The notes below the pieces were generated by a model. That model ran no database searches and was not told the DNA's origin. It saw only the letters and a program-made list of their open reading frames with translations. The position numbers and the translations under genes were made by a program. From NCBI GenBank assembly GCA_907165135.1, contig OU015567.1, forward strand, positions 3,720,001 through 3,784,000: a DNA stretch of 64,000 bases, read 5' to 3'. The DNA is from Oikopleura dioica. Lineage: Eukaryota > Animalia > Chordata. Of this stretch, positions 62,041-64,000 are shown piece by piece. Positions within the stretch are counted from its first letter, which is position 1; each line of letters begins with the position of its first letter.

Positions 62041-64000
62041 ATGTCGATAGCGGCGGGATCGATGTTTAAATGGCTGGATTTGTTGGAGAAGGAATTCGAT
62101 AGAAGCTTCGTGCAGCTTGATTTGTTGCTGGGAGAGGTCGAGGAGGAGAATAAACAAGTGACGAATGAAGGTACTTGTGTATAATTATCAATGGATATTT
62201 TAACCAAGAATTTAGGACGCGACAAGCTCGGAATCATCTCATCGTGCTTCTCCCAGTTGTGCCACAAAGCACAAACTCTGGCGCAAATGAACTGCAAATT
62301 GGAAGCTGAAGTCGTCAATTTGCAGACAGACTATTTCTCCAGCTCCGCGAAAACGAAGACAGAAAATGAGGAAAACGAAAAACTGGTATTACAACTTCAC
62401 GAAGCCCAGGTAAACAAATTTTGAAATTATAATGAGATATTCGGAATAATTCTCATATTCCGCATATCATACGCGGACGCCATAAATTGTGTTCGAACTC
62501 AACTCTCATCTAAACGATCGAGACTTTGAGGATGAGGAAATGTAACGAAATGATTAGGATGTTATGGGACAAAATTACAGCCATTTTGATATTTTTAGTA
62601 GTTGACGGGAGTAAGTATCCCTCAGAACCCCGAAAGTGTTGTGTCGAACATCTATCGGGCCAGCCACAAATTTAATCTTGACTTTAGTCATTATCTGGAC
62701 CGGTTATCATCCTTGAGAAAAGTAATACTAACATGACTACCCGTAGGTAGTGCAAGTCAGGATTACCCGTACTGATAAACGACTCCGTCATCAAAAAAGT
62801 CCCATTTCATCAGTTTTTCGAAAATCTTATGGTTTCTTCCATCTCAAATGAGTTAAAATCGAGAAGCCGCTTGCGGCTTCGAGCCAAGGAAATTCAAAAA
62901 GCCGCAGTAAAATCTCTAAAAAACTATTTACGCGAAGTTTTTTCTCTATTTTCGACTTACTCGGCGCGGCTTTTAGGCTGTCTCTCTGCTCGAAGCCGCA
63001 AGCGGCTTCTTAATTTTGAAGAGAACCTTCATTTATTCAATTCTTTGAAGAAAGTTTTCAGCTCAAAAACGCGAAAAACGAGGGTTTGCCAGTGGAGGAG
63101 CTGCACGCGAAAATCTCATCGGAGCTTGAAGAATGGAAAATCGATCGGCAAGCACTCAACAGAGCACAAGTTTCGGCGTCTCTATTTGAAGAGGAGAATC
63201 GAAAACTACACAGAGAAATACTCTCGTTACAGGTACACGAGAGCGTAAATTCAATGAAATTTAATGATAAATTAAAAAAAGGATGATCTTTTTGGGGCCC
63301 GACTGGCTTCGAAATATTTGGATAAAGAACTCGCTGGGCGAATTCAACAAATTCAATTGCTCGGGCGCGAGATTAAAAATAACGACTACGAGCGGCTTTG
63401 GAATCAGTTGGAGGCGGAGATTCATCTGCACAGACACAAGACTGTAATTCGCGCTTGCCAGGCAACCCTTGGCGATGGTCCAGGAATGGGGATTTGCAGA
63501 ATTGGAAGATTATGTCAGTTTATTTACTGTTAAAAAGGGTTACATAGAGGGGGACTTAAAACAAGCCTATTAACTCATTCTATACGAATCCCTCCTTCAA
63601 GCTTCTCTAAACATGCCTGGAGCAGTAGGCGTTGTCCGCAGAGTAGTCATCAACAAACACCCTGAAGATGGCCTTGGACTTGCCATCGTCGGAGGGAAGC
63701 AACTTGGAACTCCTATTTTAAGTAAGTGCAGAAAATCTGTGCGGTTCTACCACACTTTGATCTCGAATCAGAGCTTTTATAAATAGTTTTAATTTCTTTC
63801 TTGTTTCTAAAAAAAGAATTAAAATTTGCCAGGGCGGTTTTAATTAGAGATCGCCTTCAAAATTACTGTCGAAGATCTCTCTCAGCTCTATAAAAGCGTC
63901 GAAATAAACAAAAGATCAAGAGAAGAAGTTTCATGAATCATGATGCCTGGACAATTGAGAAACTCGATTTGTCAATATTTATACTTTGCCGCTTCTCGCT
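62041..64000 (+). CDS. GOPC: Golgi-associated PDZ and coiled-coil protein (3' end outside window)
   Basis: [75 protein letters not shown]; PDZ start GLGLAIVGG. Confidence 0.95.
62862..63010. mobile_element. 149-bp MITE-like element of the AAGCCGCTTGCGGCTTCGAG family in a GOPC intron
   Basis: AGAAGCCGCTTGCGGCTTCGAG (62862-62883) and its exact reverse complement (62989-63010). Confidence 0.75.

Noticed and set aside
63484-63601. GA-AG intron in GOPC
   Set aside because: A downstream canonical GT donor in the same phase also fits, so it is not counted.

Overview
Eukaryotic, gene-dense genomic DNA with mostly 40-60 nt introns and several GA-AG introns. This fits the larvacean tunicate Oikopleura (probably O. 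dioica), though the organism is inferred, not shown. Positions ~7.7-64 kb look like host sequence: tRNA-Pro(AGG), ETNPPL/PHYKPL-like aminotransferase, copine, calpain, alpha-1,3-fucosyltransferase, AP-2 sigma, a neuronal calcium sensor, a sphingomyelin-synthase-family gene, alpha-actinin, GOPC (partial), many secreted or extracellular proteins, tiny secreted-peptide genes and short hairpin (MITE-like) repeats. Positions 1-~7.6 kb differ: they are more GC-balanced by eye and hold two convergent spliced genes with no family I recognise. Seven 5' splice sites of the minus-strand gene are followed by CCTAC, the reverse complement of the donor, at a near-fixed distance. The other leading observations are three tandem duplicated exon pairs in alpha-actinin (one in CH2 that I do not know from other animals), a ZP/SEA/cadherin-like ectodomain spliced onto a multipass membrane domain, and unannotated peptide and microprotein genes. 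All gene models were assembled by eye and no database search was run.
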